The position numbers were made by a program, and so were the translations under genes. A model generated the notes under the pieces. The model was not told where the DNA came from, ran no database searches, and saw only the letters and a list, made by a program, of their open reading frames with translations. A stretch of 64,000 bases of DNA from an uncultured Actinomycetes bacterium (GTDB lineage Bacteria > Actinomycetota > Thermoleophilia > Gaiellales > JAICJC01). The stretch covers positions 775,257 to 839,256 of the forward strand of contig CAVQXH010000004.1 of the NCBI GenBank assembly GCA_963717845.1, written 5' to 3'. The stretch's first letter is position 1. Every line of letters starts with the position of its first letter. Positions 1 to 11,400 of the stretch are shown piece after piece.

Positions 1-654
1 CGGCGACTGCTCCCAGCGATGTTCGAAGACGAACGGGCGCCGGGTTCGCGTGAGCGCGCCGGTGAAGACGTAGTACTCCCGGCCAGGAAGGTGGAGCCAC
101 GGGACACGAGCGATCTCGCTGCCCTCGCGGCGGGCGCGTTCAGTGGCGATCCGGATCGCCGCCTCGTCCTGCTCGGGCGTGTTGCCTCCCCCCGTCGAGT
201 AGCTCACGCGGCCACCCCAGAATCCGTTGCCGACCCAGAAGCAGAACACGCACGGATCCGTCGCCGTGGTAAAGGGAGCGAGGGTTGTCCCAAGCCGTGC
301 CATCTGTCTGCTGGGCAGGCTCCCGTCACTCGGCGTCCCGTTTTCGACGACGGAGCGTCCGTTCACGTGCATGATTCCGGTCGCCTCGCTCAGGCTCGTG
401 TCCGGACCGACGATCCGGCCGCGCACCGCAGCCAGATCCGCCCAGCGGATATCACGGCCGTCTTCACCCCGCGCGGGGTGCAGGATGCGGGCGAACGCCT
501 CGTAGACGTCAGGCACGAAGCTCGCCAGCGAGACGGGCCCGTCCCCGGGCGATCCCCACGGGCGCAGCGCGGCGACGACCCACTCGGCGGCCGAGATGTC
601 GTCGGCAAGCTCCAGGCCGAGATCCCAGTCGCGCCAGAGCGGTGGCAGCTCCAT
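1..654 (-). CDS. Conserved hypothetical actinobacterial protein (partial, runs off the left edge)
   Basis: Read by hand on the minus strand (absent from ORF track): MELPPLWRDWDLGLELADD...SLASFVPDVYEAFARILHPA...CVFCFWVGNG...HLPGREYYVFTG; no stop seen before the window edge. Confidence 0.7.
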   Translation of the reverse strand, partial: MELPPLWRDWDLGLELADDISAAEWVVAALRPWGSPGDGPVSLASFVPDVYEAFARILHPARGEDGRDIRWADLAAVRGRIVGPDTSLSEATGIMHVNGRSVVENGTPSDGSLPSRQMARLGTTLAPFTTATDPCVFCFWVGNGFWGGRVSYSTGGGNTPEQDEAAIRIATERARREGSEIARVPWLHLPGREYYVFTGALTRTRRPFVFEHRWEQSP

Positions 655-681
655 GCGTTTGAGCCTACCTGTGCGGGTCCC

Positions 682-713
682 GCCAATTGGCATCCGTTCG
701 AACGCCAATTGGC
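682..713. repeat. Family A palindromic repeat, two CCAATTGG cores 22 bp apart
   Basis: gccaattggcatccgttcgaacgccaattggc; near-identical to units at 15414 and 22456-22531. Confidence 0.8.
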
Positions 714-728
714 AGTCGGAGCGCCGCG

Positions 729-1316
729 CTACCCCGACAGCGGCTGCGGGCCGGCGGAGGCGCGCATGAGCGGGAAGGCGGCGAGCCCGGCCGCGACCAG
801 GAGCAGGCACGCCGGCGGGCCGCCCAGAAGCACGGCGGCCAGGCCCGCTCCGGTGACGGCGCCCGCGACCTCGGCGTCCAGGCGGCCGGCGACCGCGAGC
901 GCGAACGCCGCAAGGCCGAGCGGGACGACCGCGAGCACCGTCTCGGCGGCGGGAGAGACGCTGATCGCCGCGACGGCGCAGGCGGCCACGATGGCCGCGA
1001 TCACAAGCGTCCGCAGCACGCCCTGGGCACTGCGCGGCACGGCCGGGGCGAGGCCGATCGCGAGGGTGAGCAGGGGCGTCGCCAGGAACGCCCACTGGGC
1101 GATGACCGCGGCCGTGATGCCGGCCACCGCGACCAGCATGCCTGCAACGATCGTCAGCGGGCGCGGGCGGCGGGTGGCCGCAACGCCCAGCAGGAGCGTG
1201 ACGAACGGGATCAGGAACGGCCCGACGCTGAAGATCCCGACGAAGCTCAGGACGAGGCCGGCGCCGACCGCAGCCCACGTCCAGAACCACCCGCAATCGT
1301 TTCGGTGTGCACGCAC
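729..1316 (-). CDS. Hypothetical multi-pass membrane protein
   Basis: Hydrophobic C-terminal part of ORF 729..2228 (GWFWTWAAVGAGLVLSFVGIFSVGPFL...); GTG at 1316 chosen as likely start. Confidence 0.65.
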   Translation of the reverse strand: MRAHRNDCGWFWTWAAVGAGLVLSFVGIFSVGPFLIPFVTLLLGVAATRRPRPLTIVAGMLVAVAGITAAVIAQWAFLATPLLTLAIGLAPAVPRSAQGVLRTLVIAAIVAACAVAAISVSPAAETVLAVVPLGLAAFALAVAGRLDAEVAGAVTGAGLAAVLLGGPPACLLLVAAGLAAFPLMRASAGPQPLSG

Positions 1317-1350
1317 GCGCGACCTCCGGTCGTAGTATGGCACCCGCGAC

Positions 1351-2466
1351 ATGTCCGCCGAGACCCCCAGAGCCCGCGACCTCGGCATCGTGATCGGCGA
1401 CCTCCCTCCGGGGCCGGCGAACGCGATCACCGACGTGCCCGGCGTGCGGGTCGGGCATACGACCCTGATCTCGGGCGACGGCCCGCTGCGCGTCGGTGAG
1501 GGGCCGGTGCGGACGGGCGTCACGGTGATCGTGCCGGGCGCGGACGACCCGTGGCGGCAGCCGGCCGCGGCGGGCTGCCACCGGCTGAACGGCAACGGCG
1601 AGCTGACCGGCCTCGAGTGGATCCGCGAGTCCGGCCTGCTCACGACCTGCATCGGCCTCACGAACACGCACTCCGTGGGGGTGGTGCGCGACGCGCTCAT
1701 CTCCGCCGCCGTCGCGGGCATGCCGCCGGGTGAGATGCGCTGGTACCTGCCGGTGGTCGGCGAGACCTTCGACGGCGACCTGAACGACATCAACGGGATG
1801 CACGTGCGCGCCGAGCACGTGCACGCAGCGCTCGAGGCCGCAGCGGGTGGCGCCGTGGCCGAGGGCGGCGTGGGCAGCGGCACGGGCATGATCTGCCACG
1901 GCTTCAAGGGCGGGATCGGCACGTCGTCGCGGGTGGTGGACGGCCACACGGTCGGCGTCCTGGTGCAGGCGAACCACGGCGCCCGGGAGCGCCTGGCGAT
2001 CAACGGCGTCCCCGTCGGCAAGGCGATCGGCGCCGACGAGGTGCCCGATCCGCGCGGAGGCCACCGCGAGGGCCGCGGATCGATCATCGTGATCATCGCC
2101 ACCGACGCGCCGCTCCTGCCCGGGCAGTGCCGCCGGCTGGCCCACCGATCCGCGCTCGGCGTCGGCCGCACGGGCGGGGCGGGCGAGAACGGCAGCGGCG
2201 ACCTCATGCTCGCCTTTGCCACCGGCAACCGCGACCTGCAGCCGCTCGCCGACGACAGCGTCGCGTCGGAGCCGGTCGCCCTCCGCGCCGTACCGGCCGC
2301 GGGCCTCGACGCCCTCTTCTACGCCGTGGTCGAGGCCACCGAGGAGGCGATCGCAAACGCGCTCGTCGCCGGCCGCACCATGACCGGGCGCGACGGCCTG
2401 ACCGCGCACGGGATCCCGCTCGACCGCCTGGCGGCGCTGGTCGCCGGCGCGCCCCGCGCGGGCTGA
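1351..2466 (+). CDS. dmpA: P1/S58 family L-aminopeptidase/D-esterase (DmpA-like)
   Basis: RARDLGI..GPANAITDVPGVRVGH, NGNGELTG, GFKGGIGTSSR, G-SIIV autoprocessing site, GSGD. Confidence 0.9.
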   Translation: MSAETPRARDLGIVIGDLPPGPANAITDVPGVRVGHTTLISGDGPLRVGEGPVRTGVTVIVPGADDPWRQPAAAGCHRLNGNGELTGLEWIRESGLLTTCIGLTNTHSVGVVRDALISAAVAGMPPGEMRWYLPVVGETFDGDLNDINGMHVRAEHVHAALEAAAGGAVAEGGVGSGTGMICHGFKGGIGTSSRVVDGHTVGVLVQANHGARERLAINGVPVGKAIGADEVPDPRGGHREGRGSIIVIIATDAPLLPGQCRRLAHRSALGVGRTGGAGENGSGDLMLAFATGNRDLQPLADDSVASEPVALRAVPAAGLDALFYAVVEATEEAIANALVAGRTMTGRDGLTAHGIPLDRLAALVAGAPRAG

Positions 2467-2589
2467 GCCCCGGGCGCTTGGTGCGGCCGCCTACGCGGGA
2501 TGTCCGTTTCCCCGGCGGCCTTCGCTCCCCACTCGCGGCCCATTCGCCACGGGAAGGGTGAATTCGGCGGCCGGATTGAGGGATCGGGC

Positions 2590-2617
2590 TCACGGCCCGC
2601 GACGGGTGGGCCGATGG
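2590..2617 (+). promoter_or_regulatory. Putative sigma28/WhiG-like promoter (TCACG-N15-GCCGATGG), probably leaderless
   Basis: Motif ends 7 nt before the GTG at 2625. Confidence 0.45.
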
Positions 2618-2624
2618 CGCATCT

Positions 2625-3683
2625 GTGATCGCAGCCACGCTTGCCGCGCTCGTCCTGGCCGGCGCCGCCGGTGCGCCGACGCTGCCCGTCTCCGCCACCG
2701 CCGGCTGCACGGCCGCGCCGACCCGTGCCGCGCTCGTCGGGGGCGCATGGGCGTGCACGATCACCGCCGCCGAACGGGTGGCCCTGCCGGGAGACGCCGT
2801 CACGGTCGCGGCCGGCAGCTACCCGCAGGCGCGGATCACGGCCAGCGGCACCGAGACCGCCCCGATCGTCGTGACGGCGGTACCGGGCACCGTCACCGTC
2901 GATGCCGGTCCCTCGGGGGGGAACGGGCTCGGCATCAGCGGCGTGTCCGACGTCCAGATCAGCGGCCTTGACGTCACCGGCGGCAGTGCCCAGGCCGTGT
3001 GGGTGAACGCGTCGCAGCGGATCTCGCTCAGCTCGCTCACCGTGAGCGGCTCGGCCGTTCACGGCGTCCAGGTCAACAACTCCCAGAGCATCGCCATCAC
3101 CTCCTCGACGATCACCGCCAACCAGAGCACCGGCATCATGGAGACGGGGTCCGACTCGGGCGACGTCTACACCGACGACATCGTCTCGCACAACGGCACC
3201 GGCGGCCCGCAATATCTCGGCTCGGGCATCGAGGTCGGCGGCACCGGCACCCGGATCGTCGGCTGCACGATCACGGACAACGGCGTCTCGAAGCTGTACG
3301 AGCACGGCGTCTACGTCGCGGCCGTCGCCGACGGCTGGAGCATCACCGGATCCACCATCTCCGGTTCGAGCGGCGCCGACGTGAAGGCGGCCGGATCGAA
3401 CGGCACGATCTCGACCTCCACGCTCGGCCCTTCCCGTCTGGGCGTGTACGCGAGCGGCGTCGGAGTCACCCTCTCGCAGGTGCAGATCCGGGGATCGTTC
3501 CGGGACGGCCTGGTCGTCGCCCACGGATCGACGCTGCTCTCCCAGAGCGTCGTCTCGAACGACGCCGTCGGCTACGGCAAGCAGGCGCGGGCGGCGCTCG
3601 TCTACGGCGGCGGCCGCCTGCATGTCACGGCCTCGACGCTGCTTCTGCGCGGCGTCCCCGTGAAGCCGACCCGGATCCCCTAG
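2625..3683 (+). CDS. Secreted right-handed parallel beta-helix repeat protein
   Basis: Signal peptide, PGDAVTVAAGSY motif, repetitive Ser/Thr/Gly-rich ITxxTIxxN coils. Confidence 0.75.
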   Translation: MIAATLAALVLAGAAGAPTLPVSATAGCTAAPTRAALVGGAWACTITAAERVALPGDAVTVAAGSYPQARITASGTETAPIVVTAVPGTVTVDAGPSGGNGLGISGVSDVQISGLDVTGGSAQAVWVNASQRISLSSLTVSGSAVHGVQVNNSQSIAITSSTITANQSTGIMETGSDSGDVYTDDIVSHNGTGGPQYLGSGIEVGGTGTRIVGCTITDNGVSKLYEHGVYVAAVADGWSITGSTISGSSGADVKAAGSNGTISTSTLGPSRLGVYASGVGVTLSQVQIRGSFRDGLVVAHGSTLLSQSVVSNDAVGYGKQARAALVYGGGRLHVTASTLLLRGVPVKPTRIP

Positions 3684-3686
3684 CGG

Positions 3687-4736
3687 TCAGGCCGGGTCGA
3701 CCGAGGGGTCGGCCGCCTCGGCCTCGCTGATCACCTCGGGGACGTGCGCCGGCGGCGGCGCCGTCCAGGCGAAGTGGCACGCCGCCAGATGGCTGCCGCC
3801 GTCTGCGAGCAGGCCGGGATCGTCGGTGTGGCAGATCGGCTGCGCGAGCGGGCAGCGGGTGTGGAAGCGGCACCCCGGCGGCAGGTTGATCGGGCTCGGC
3901 GGGTCGCCCTCCATCGCCGCCGCTTCGCTCGGGCGCCCGGGCACGAGCCGCGGCACCGCCTTCAGCAACCCCTGTGTGTACGGGTGGCGGGGGTTCGAGA
4001 AGAGCTGCTCGGTCGGTGCCGTCTCGACGATGCGGCCCAGGTACATCACGGCCACGCGATCGCACACATGCCGGACGACCGCCATGTTGTGGGCGATGAA
4101 GAGCATCGTCAGCCCGAGCTTGGAGCGCAGCTCGTCGAGCAGGTTCAGCACCGTCGCCTGCACCGAGACGTCGAGCGCCGACACGGGCTCGTCGGCGACG
4201 AGCAGCTCCGGCTCGAGCGCGAGCGCGCGGGCGATCGACACGCGCTGGCGCTGGCCGCCGGAGAAGTTGCGCGGATGGGCGTCGAGCGATCGCGGCCCCA
4301 GCCCGACCAGCTCGACCAGCTCCCGGCAGCGCTCGTCGACCCGGTTGCGCGGCACCATGTTGTGCACTCGCAGGAGCTCGGTCAGGACCTGGCGCACCGT
4401 CATGCGCGGGTTGAGCGACGAGTACGGGTCCTGGAAGACCATCTGCATCCGCCGCCGCTGCGAGCGCGCCCGCCGCAGCGGCAGCCGCTCGCCGGCGTAG
4501 CGGATCTCGCCGGCCGTCGGCGGGTAGAGCCCGACGATGCAGCGGCCGAGAGTCGACTTGCCGCAGCCGGACTCGCCGACCAGGCCGAGCGCCTCGCCCT
4601 TCGCGATCTCGAGATCGACGCCGTCGACCGCTCGCAGCACCTCGGCGGGCACGTGCCGGGCCCGGCGCAGCATCGAGTCGGTGAGGACGAACTGCATCTG
4701 CAGGCCGCGCACCTCGAGCAGGGCCGGATCAGGCAT
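3687..4736 (-). CDS. oppF: Oligopeptide/dipeptide ABC transporter ATP-binding subunit (OppF/DppF)
   Basis: [28 protein letters not shown]...GCRFHTRCP. Confidence 0.92.
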   Translation of the reverse strand: MPDPALLEVRGLQMQFVLTDSMLRRARHVPAEVLRAVDGVDLEIAKGEALGLVGESGCGKSTLGRCIVGLYPPTAGEIRYAGERLPLRRARSQRRRMQMVFQDPYSSLNPRMTVRQVLTELLRVHNMVPRNRVDERCRELVELVGLGPRSLDAHPRNFSGGQRQRVSIARALALEPELLVADEPVSALDVSVQATVLNLLDELRSKLGLTMLFIAHNMAVVRHVCDRVAVMYLGRIVETAPTEQLFSNPRHPYTQGLLKAVPRLVPGRPSEAAAMEGDPPSPINLPPGCRFHTRCPLAQPICHTDDPGLLADGGSHLAACHFAWTAPPPAHVPEVISEAEAADPSVDPA

Positions 4737-5748
4737 CGACGATCACCGGCTTCTCGTGCACCGCGGTGACGCACACGTCGTCGTGGATGCAGGCGGTCGC
4801 CCGGCCCGTGCCCGCGCCGAGCGGGCGCAGGGGGAACTCGCCGCTGAGGCAATCGTCCTGGGCGTACGGGCAGCGCGGATGAAACCGGCAGCCGGCCGGC
4901 GGGTACACGAGGTCGGGCGGCTGACCGGGGATCGAGTCGAGCGACTGGCGCACGAGGTCGAACCGGGGCACGGAGCGCAGCAGGCCGAGCGTGTAGGGAT
5001 GGCGCGGCCGGTGGAACACCTCCTCGACGGTGCCGGTCTCGACCACCTGGCCGGCGTACATCACCGCGATCGTGTCGCACGTCTGGGCGACGACCGCGAG
5101 GTCGTGGGTGACGAACACGACGCTCACGCCGAAGTCGCGGCGCATCGCCGCAAGCAGCTTCAGGATCTGATCCTGGATGGTCACGTCGAGGGCGGTGGTC
5201 GGCTCGTCGCAGAGGATGACCTGCGGCTCGCAGGCGAGCGCGATCGCGATCATCACCCGCTGGCGCATGCCGCCGGAGAGCTCGTGCGGGTAGGCCCGCG
5301 CCCGCCGGGCGGCGTCGGGGATGCCGACCTGCCGCATCAGCTCGAGCGCGCGGTCGCGGGCCTGGGAGCGGCTCTGGCCCATGTGCGCCATCGGCCCCTC
5401 GGCGATCTGGTCGCCGACCCGCATCACCGGGTTGAGGGCGGTCATCGGCTCCTGGAAGATGATGCCGATGCTGGCGCCGCGCACGTCGCGCAGCCGGGAG
5501 TCGGAGGCGGCGGCCAGATCCTCGCCCTGGAACAGCACCTGCCCGCCGACGACCTCGCCGGGGTGGGGCAGGAGCCCGAGGATCGCCCGCAGCGTCATGC
5601 TCTTGCCGCAGCCCGACTCGCCGACGAGCCCGAGCGACTGGCCCGGCTGGAGCTCGAAGGTGGCCCCATCGACGGCGTGGACGGTGCCGCGGCTGAGCGG
5701 GATCTCGACCCGCAGGTCGCGCACCTCGAGGATGGCGCCGTCGCTCAT
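4729..5748 (-). CDS. oppD: Oligopeptide/dipeptide ABC transporter ATP-binding subunit (OppD/DppD)
   Basis: [36 protein letters not shown]. Confidence 0.92.
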   Translation of the reverse strand: MSDGAILEVRDLRVEIPLSRGTVHAVDGATFELQPGQSLGLVGESGCGKSMTLRAILGLLPHPGEVVGGQVLFQGEDLAAASDSRLRDVRGASIGIIFQEPMTALNPVMRVGDQIAEGPMAHMGQSRSQARDRALELMRQVGIPDAARRARAYPHELSGGMRQRVMIAIALACEPQVILCDEPTTALDVTIQDQILKLLAAMRRDFGVSVVFVTHDLAVVAQTCDTIAVMYAGQVVETGTVEEVFHRPRHPYTLGLLRSVPRFDLVRQSLDSIPGQPPDLVYPPAGCRFHPRCPYAQDDCLSGEFPLRPLGAGTGRATACIHDDVCVTAVHEKPVIVDA

Positions 5749-6621
5749 TCGGGCCGCAGCAGGTCGGCCAGCCCGTCGCCGATCAGCGAGAGCCCGAGCG
5801 CCGGTGATGATCACCGCGACGCCGGGGATCGTCGAGAGCTCCCACTTGGTCGTGAGGAAGGCCTGGCCGTCGGCGATCATCCCGCCCCAGTCCGGCGTCG
5901 GCGGCTGGATGCCGAGGCCGAGATAGCCCAGGGTGACGATCGCCAGGATGTCGAGCACGATGTCGGACATGGCGAACACGATCGCCTGCGTGATCACGTT
6001 GGGCAGCAGGTGGCGGAGGATGATGCGCCCGTCGCGGAAGCCCGCCGCCTGGGCGGCGAGCACGTACTCCTGGCGTTTGGCGACGAGGATCTCGCCCCGG
6101 ATGATGCGGGCGTAGGACACCCAGCCGACCAGCGTGATCGCGATGTAGATGCTGCGCGCGCCCGGGCCGAGCACGAACACGAGCGCGATGATCAGCACGT
6201 AGAACGGGAACGCCACCATGACGTCGACCAGGCGCATGATCGCGGTGTCCATGAAGCGGCCGTAGTAGCCGGCGATGCAGCCGAGCGCCGTGCCGAGGAA
6301 GAACGGGAAGAGCACCGCCAGGAACGCCACCCGCAGATCGACCCGGGCGCCGTAGAGCAGGCGCGAGAACTCGTCGCGGCCGAGCTGGTCGGTGCCCAGC
6401 CAGTGCTCGGACGACGGGCCCTGGAGGATGTTGTTCAGGTCCTGCTGGGTCGGGCTGTGGCTCGTCAGGAGCGGCGCCGCGAGCGCCATCGCCACGATCG
6501 TCCCGATGATCAGGATGCCCGGCGACGAAGGCCGGCGTGCGATACCAGCGGCGCCGGAAGCCGCTCTTGTGCTCGGCGACCAGGGCTCGGTCAGGCCTTC
6601 GGCGACGGCGATGCTGCCCAT
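5745..6621 (-). CDS. oppC: ABC transporter permease (OppC/DppC), apparent frameshift(s)
   Basis: HWLGTDQLGRD, LGYLGLGIQPPTPDWG; frame slip near 5800, with TGA overlapping the oppD start. Confidence 0.85.
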
Positions 6622-7571
6622 TAGTCGAACCTCACTCGCGGGTCGAGGAGCGAGTGGACGCACGTCGGTGGTCAGGTACACCAGCACGACCAGGATGCCG
6701 AACACGAGCGTGACGCCCTGCACGACCGGGAAGTCGCGCTGCAGGATCGAGTTGATCATGAGCTGGCCGATGCCCGGCAGGGCGAACACCTGCTCGATCA
6801 CGACGGTGCCGCCGATCAGGAAGCCGATGTTCACGCCGAGCACGGTGATGGTGGAGATGACGGCGTTTCGCAGCGCGTGGCGCGTGAGCACGCGGCGCTC
6901 GGAGATGCCCTTCGAGCGCGCCGTGGTGACGTAGTCGGACTCGAGCACCTGCAGCAGGCTCGCCCGCAGGCTGCGGATCAGGATCGGGGCGATGCCGAGC
7001 GCGACCGTGAGCGCCGGCAGGAACATCGAGTGCAGGTGGCCGAGGAAGCCCGTGCCGTAGCCGCCGACCGGGAACAGCCGGCCGAGGTGCAGCCCGAACA
7101 CGAGCAGCAGCATGATCCCGAGCCAGAACGGCGGGAAGCCGAGCCCGACGAGCGGCACGGCGCGCACGACCTGGTCGCGCGCCGCGTCCTTGCGGCTGGC
7201 GGCGAGCACCGCGAGCGGGATCGCGATCAGGATCGAGAGCACCGTCCCGTAGCCGATCAGCCACAGCGTCACGGGCAGCCGGTCGAGGATCAGCGCCCGG
7301 GCCGACTCGCGGTAGAACAGCGACTCGCCCAGGTTGCCGTGCAGCAGCCGGCCCATGAACAGCTCGTACTGGGCCGGGCAGCGAGCGGTCGAGGCCCCAC
7401 TGGTGGTGCAGCGCCGCGACGTTCTGCGGGGGTCGCGTGGACGCCGAGCATCGTGCGGGCGGGATCGCCCGGCACCAGGTGGATCATGAAGAAGCAGAGC
7501 ACGGTGACGCCGAGGACGACCGGTATCGCCTGCAGGAGCCTGCGCAGGATGTATGCGAACCGGTCGTCCAC
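6621..7571 (-). CDS. oppB: ABC transporter permease (OppB/DppB), apparent frameshifts
   Basis: YILRRLLQAIPVVLGV..PGDPA, DYVTTARSKG, RDFPVVQG, ends LLDPRVRFD*; slips near 7400 and 6660. Confidence 0.85.
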
Positions 7572-7598
7572 CGTTCCTCCTCGAGCCTCAGACGCCGG

Positions 7599-9176
7599 CT
7601 AGTGGGAGAGCCAGACGTCCTCCATATGGAAGTTCCCCGTCGGGTACACGAGGAAGCCGTGCACCTTGTCGGTCATCGCGTAGCGGTACGGGGAGTAGTA
7701 CATGAACACCATGAACGCGTCCTGCGCGGCCTGCGCCTGGATCTTGCTGTAGAGCGTCTGGCGGCCGGCTGACCGAGAACGTCTGCTCGGCCTGCTTCGT
7801 CCACTTGATCACGTCCGGGTTGTTGTAGTCGGTGTAGAACGACTTGGCGCCCGCGGACGGGACGACCGCGAAGGTCACGAGCTCGTCCGGGTCGGCGATG
7901 TCCATCGTCCAGTAGCTCAGCCCGAGCTGGTACTTGAACTGCTGCTCGTCCTGGAACTCGATGCTCGGGTCGACCGGCTTCAGGACGACCTTGATGCCGA
8001 TCTTCTGGAGCTCCTGCTGGTAGATCTGGGCGATCGACTTCTCGTCGGCCACGCCGGCCCCGACCAGCATCTGCACGGTGAAGCCCTTCGGGAACTTCGA
8101 CTGGGCCATCTCCTGCTTGGCCTGGGCCAGGTTGTACTGCAGCCCCGGCGACTGCGGGTCGTAGAACGGCACCTGCGGCGGCATGAACGAGTTGGCCGGC
8201 GTGCCGTGGCCGAACAGGACCGACTTGATGATCGCGTTGCGGTCGATCGCCATGCTGATCGCGCGGCGCACGTGCACGTCGGCGAGCGGCGGGTAGCGCT
8301 CGTTCATCATCGTGTAGTCGGTGCGCGTCGACGGGAACAGGGTCATCGTTGATCCCCGGCGTGCTCTTGAGCGTGTTCACCGTCTGCCAGTCGGGGAACT
8401 GGTCGATCTGCTGCTGGCCGCCCTGCAGCTGGAGCTGGCGGGTGTTCGTGTCGGTCACCGTCCGGAAGGTGATCGAGTCCAGATACGGCTTGCCCTTCTG
8501 CCAGTAGTGCGGGTTGCGCTAGAAGCTGGATCTCCGAGCCGTGCGTCCAGTGGCCCCACATGAACGGCCCGGTGCCGATCGGGTGGGTGTAGAACTGCTT
8601 GGCCGTCTCGCCGCCGTAGTTGTTCGGGACGATGCCGTTCGCGAACAGGGCGATGTCGGCCAGGAACGGCGCCCACGGATACTTCGTGTCGATGACGACG
8701 GTCGCCGGGTTGGGCGTCTTGATGTCCTTGATCGCGGCGTCGAGGTAGCCCCAGCCCTGCGAGCCCGTGTTCAGCGTCTGCTGGATCGAGAACTTGACGT
8801 CGGCCGAGGTCATCGGGTTGCCGTTCGAGAACTTCACCCCGGGGCGCAGATGGAAGGTGTAGGTCTTCTTGTTCGGCGAGAGGGTGTAGGAGGTCGCGAG
8901 CCACGGCTTCACGCTCTTGCCGTCGGGGCTGACCGTGTAGAGCGGCTCCATGATCTGCTCGAGCACCCAGATCGACTGGTTGTCGAACACGTTCTCCTTG
9001 TCCATCGACTGCGGCTCCGCCGACCAGCCGACCACGATGCTGCCACCGTGCTGCGGCGCACCGCTCGAGCCGCCGGAGGACGAGCCCCCACTGCTCCCGC
9101 CGCTCGACCCGCCGCAGCCGGCCGCCAGGGCCAGGACGGCGAGGACGATGACGGCAGCTGGCGTGGAGATCTTCAT
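7599..9176 (-). CDS. oppA: ABC transporter substrate-binding lipoprotein (family 5), apparent frameshifts
   Basis: Lipobox LAAGC, YTFHLRPGVKFSNG, PIGTGPF, VRRAISMAIDR; split over ORFs 8343..9389, 7673..8458 and 7588..8346. Confidence 0.85.
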
Positions 9177-9284
9177 GCGACGACTCCTTGTGACGACCGG
9201 GGGCGCGCAGTATCCCACGCCGGGGGGACGGCGTCCATGTGGTGAACGCATGGTCCCGCCCCGGTGCCACGGTAGGATCGGACA

Positions 9285-11400
9285 ATGCGCTACGCCGTCA
9301 TCGGGGCCGGGGCGATCGGCGGCACGGTCGCCGCCGGGCTGATCCGCGCCGGCCACGAGGTGCTCCTGTGCGACGCCGATCCCGAGCACGTCGCCGCGAT
9401 CAACGCGGACGGGTTGCGCATCGAGGGGCCGGTCGAGGAGCTCACGGTGCCCGCGCGGGCCGTGGCCGCCTGATGACCTGCCCGACGGCCTCGAGGCGGT
9501 GCTCCTGGCCGTGAAGGCCCATCACACCGCCGCCGCGATCGGGCCGGTGGCGCCGCGCCTGGCGGCCGCCGGGTTCGTGGTCTCGCTCCAGAACGGCTTC
9601 AACGAGGACGTGATCGCGGCGGCGGTGGGCCGCGAGCGCGTGGTCGGCGCCTTCGTCAACTTCGGCGCCGACGTGGTCGCGCCCGGGCGGATCCTGCGCG
9701 GCAACCGGGCGGCGCTCATGATCGGCGAGCTCGACGGGGCGGATACGCCCCGGGTGCGCGCGCTCGTGCAGGACATCACCGACGCCCGCCAGACGGCCAA
9801 CATCCACGGCTTCCTGTGGTCGAAGGAGGCCTACGGGGCGATCCTGTTCGCGACGGCGGTGTCTGACCTCGCGATCGCCGACGCCCTGGCCGAGCCGCGC
9901 TACCGGCCGCTCTACGTCGCGCTCGCGCGCGAGGTGCTGGCCGCGGCGACCGCCATCCCCGAGCCGTTCGACGGGTTCGACCCGGCCGACCTGGACGGGT
10001 CGATCGACCGCCTCGTCGAGTTCAACCGCGGATCGGCCAAGACGCACTCGGGCATCTACCGCGACCTGATGGTGCGTCACCGCAAGACCGAGGTGGACTC
10101 GATGCTGGCCGTGCTCGACGGCCCGCTCGTGCGCCACACCGCGGCCCTGATCCACGCCATCGAGGACGGGCGCCGGACGTGCGAGCGGGCGAACCTCGAG
10201 CTGCTGGCCGCCTACGAGCGGCTGGAGCGGCTGGGCCGGCCGCTGAACGCCGTGATCGAGGTCCTGGACGCGCCCGAGCGGGCCGCCGCCGGGCCTCTCC
10301 TCGGTGAGCCCATCGCCGTCAAGGACAACCTCGACGTCGCCGGCTCGGTGACCACGAACGCCTCCACCGTCGCGGTGCCGCCCCCGGCCGCTGCCGACGC
10401 CGAGTCGGTCGCCCGTGTCCGCGCCGCCGGCGGCGACGTGTTCTGCAAGGCGAACCTGCTCGAGTACGGCGCCGGCGCCGTCAATCCCGCCTACGGGATG
10501 ACCTACAACCCGCACGACCCGGGCCGCACGGCGGGCGGGTCGTCGAGCGGCTCGGCGGCCCTGGTGGCTGCGGGCGTGTGCGACCTCGCGGTCGGCACCG
10601 ACTGCGGCGGCTCGATCCGGGTCCCGGCCGCCTACTGCGGCATCGTCGGCGTGAAGCCCACGACCGGCTCTGTGCCTGCCGCCGGCCATTTCCCGCTCGC
10701 GCCGACCTGCGACGGCGTGGGCCCGATCGCGAGCACCGTCGCAGGCGCGGCCCGGCTGCTCGAGGTGCTGCAGGGGCGGCCGTGCCCGATCGGGCCGGTC
10801 GATCGCATCCGCATCGGCGTCGTCCGCCGCCAGCTCGACGACCCCGACGTGCATCCGCTGGTGCGGGCGCGCGTGTCCGAGGCGATCGCCGCGCTGGCCG
10901 GGCTCGGCCACGAGCTTGTCGACGTCGACATCCCCGAGCTCGAGGTGGCCGACATGGCGCTCGGCATGATCGTCCTGCGCGAGGCGTGGGACGTGCACGC
11001 CGAGCGCTACCGCAGCGAGGGGGAGAAGTACGGGCCGGGCACGCGCGCGCTGCTCGATCTGGCCTCGCGCATCACCGACCCCGAGTACCACTCCGCGCTG
11101 GCCGACTGCGAGCGGGTCACGGCCGGGTTCGGGCGGGCGTTCGCGCAGGCGGACATCCTCGCGGGGCCGACGATGGCCTACGTGGCGCCGCCGGAGGATC
11201 CTCCCTTCGGGACGCCCGAGGGCGACGTCGAGGCCCGCTTCACCGGGCCGTGCAACCTGGCCCGCATCCCGGCGGTGACGCTCCCCTGCGGGGCGGCCGA
11301 GCACGGCCTGCCGGCGGCGCTGCAGCTGATGGCGCCGCGCGACCAGGAGCCGCTGCTTTTGTCGGTGGCCGCCGCGTATGAGATGGTCGCGCCGCGATGA
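9285..11400 (+). CDS. Ketopantoate reductase (PanE/ApbA)-like domain fused to an amidase-signature domain; frameshift near 9470
   Basis: GAGAIG, LLAVKAH, SLQNG, KTEVD, followed in frame by AVKDN, GGSSSGS, GTDCGGSIRVPA. Confidence 0.8.

Noticed and set aside
2470-2580. Possible cobalamin riboswitch (GCCAC..GGGAAG)
   Set aside because: Only a fragment matches; other conserved elements and a B12-related downstream gene are absent.
4729-7356. 875-aa ORF appearing to fuse two permeases and an ATPase
   Set aside because: Frame slips at 6660 and 5800 bypass recognisable native stops (LDPRVRFD*, LRPE*); these are three ordinary genes.
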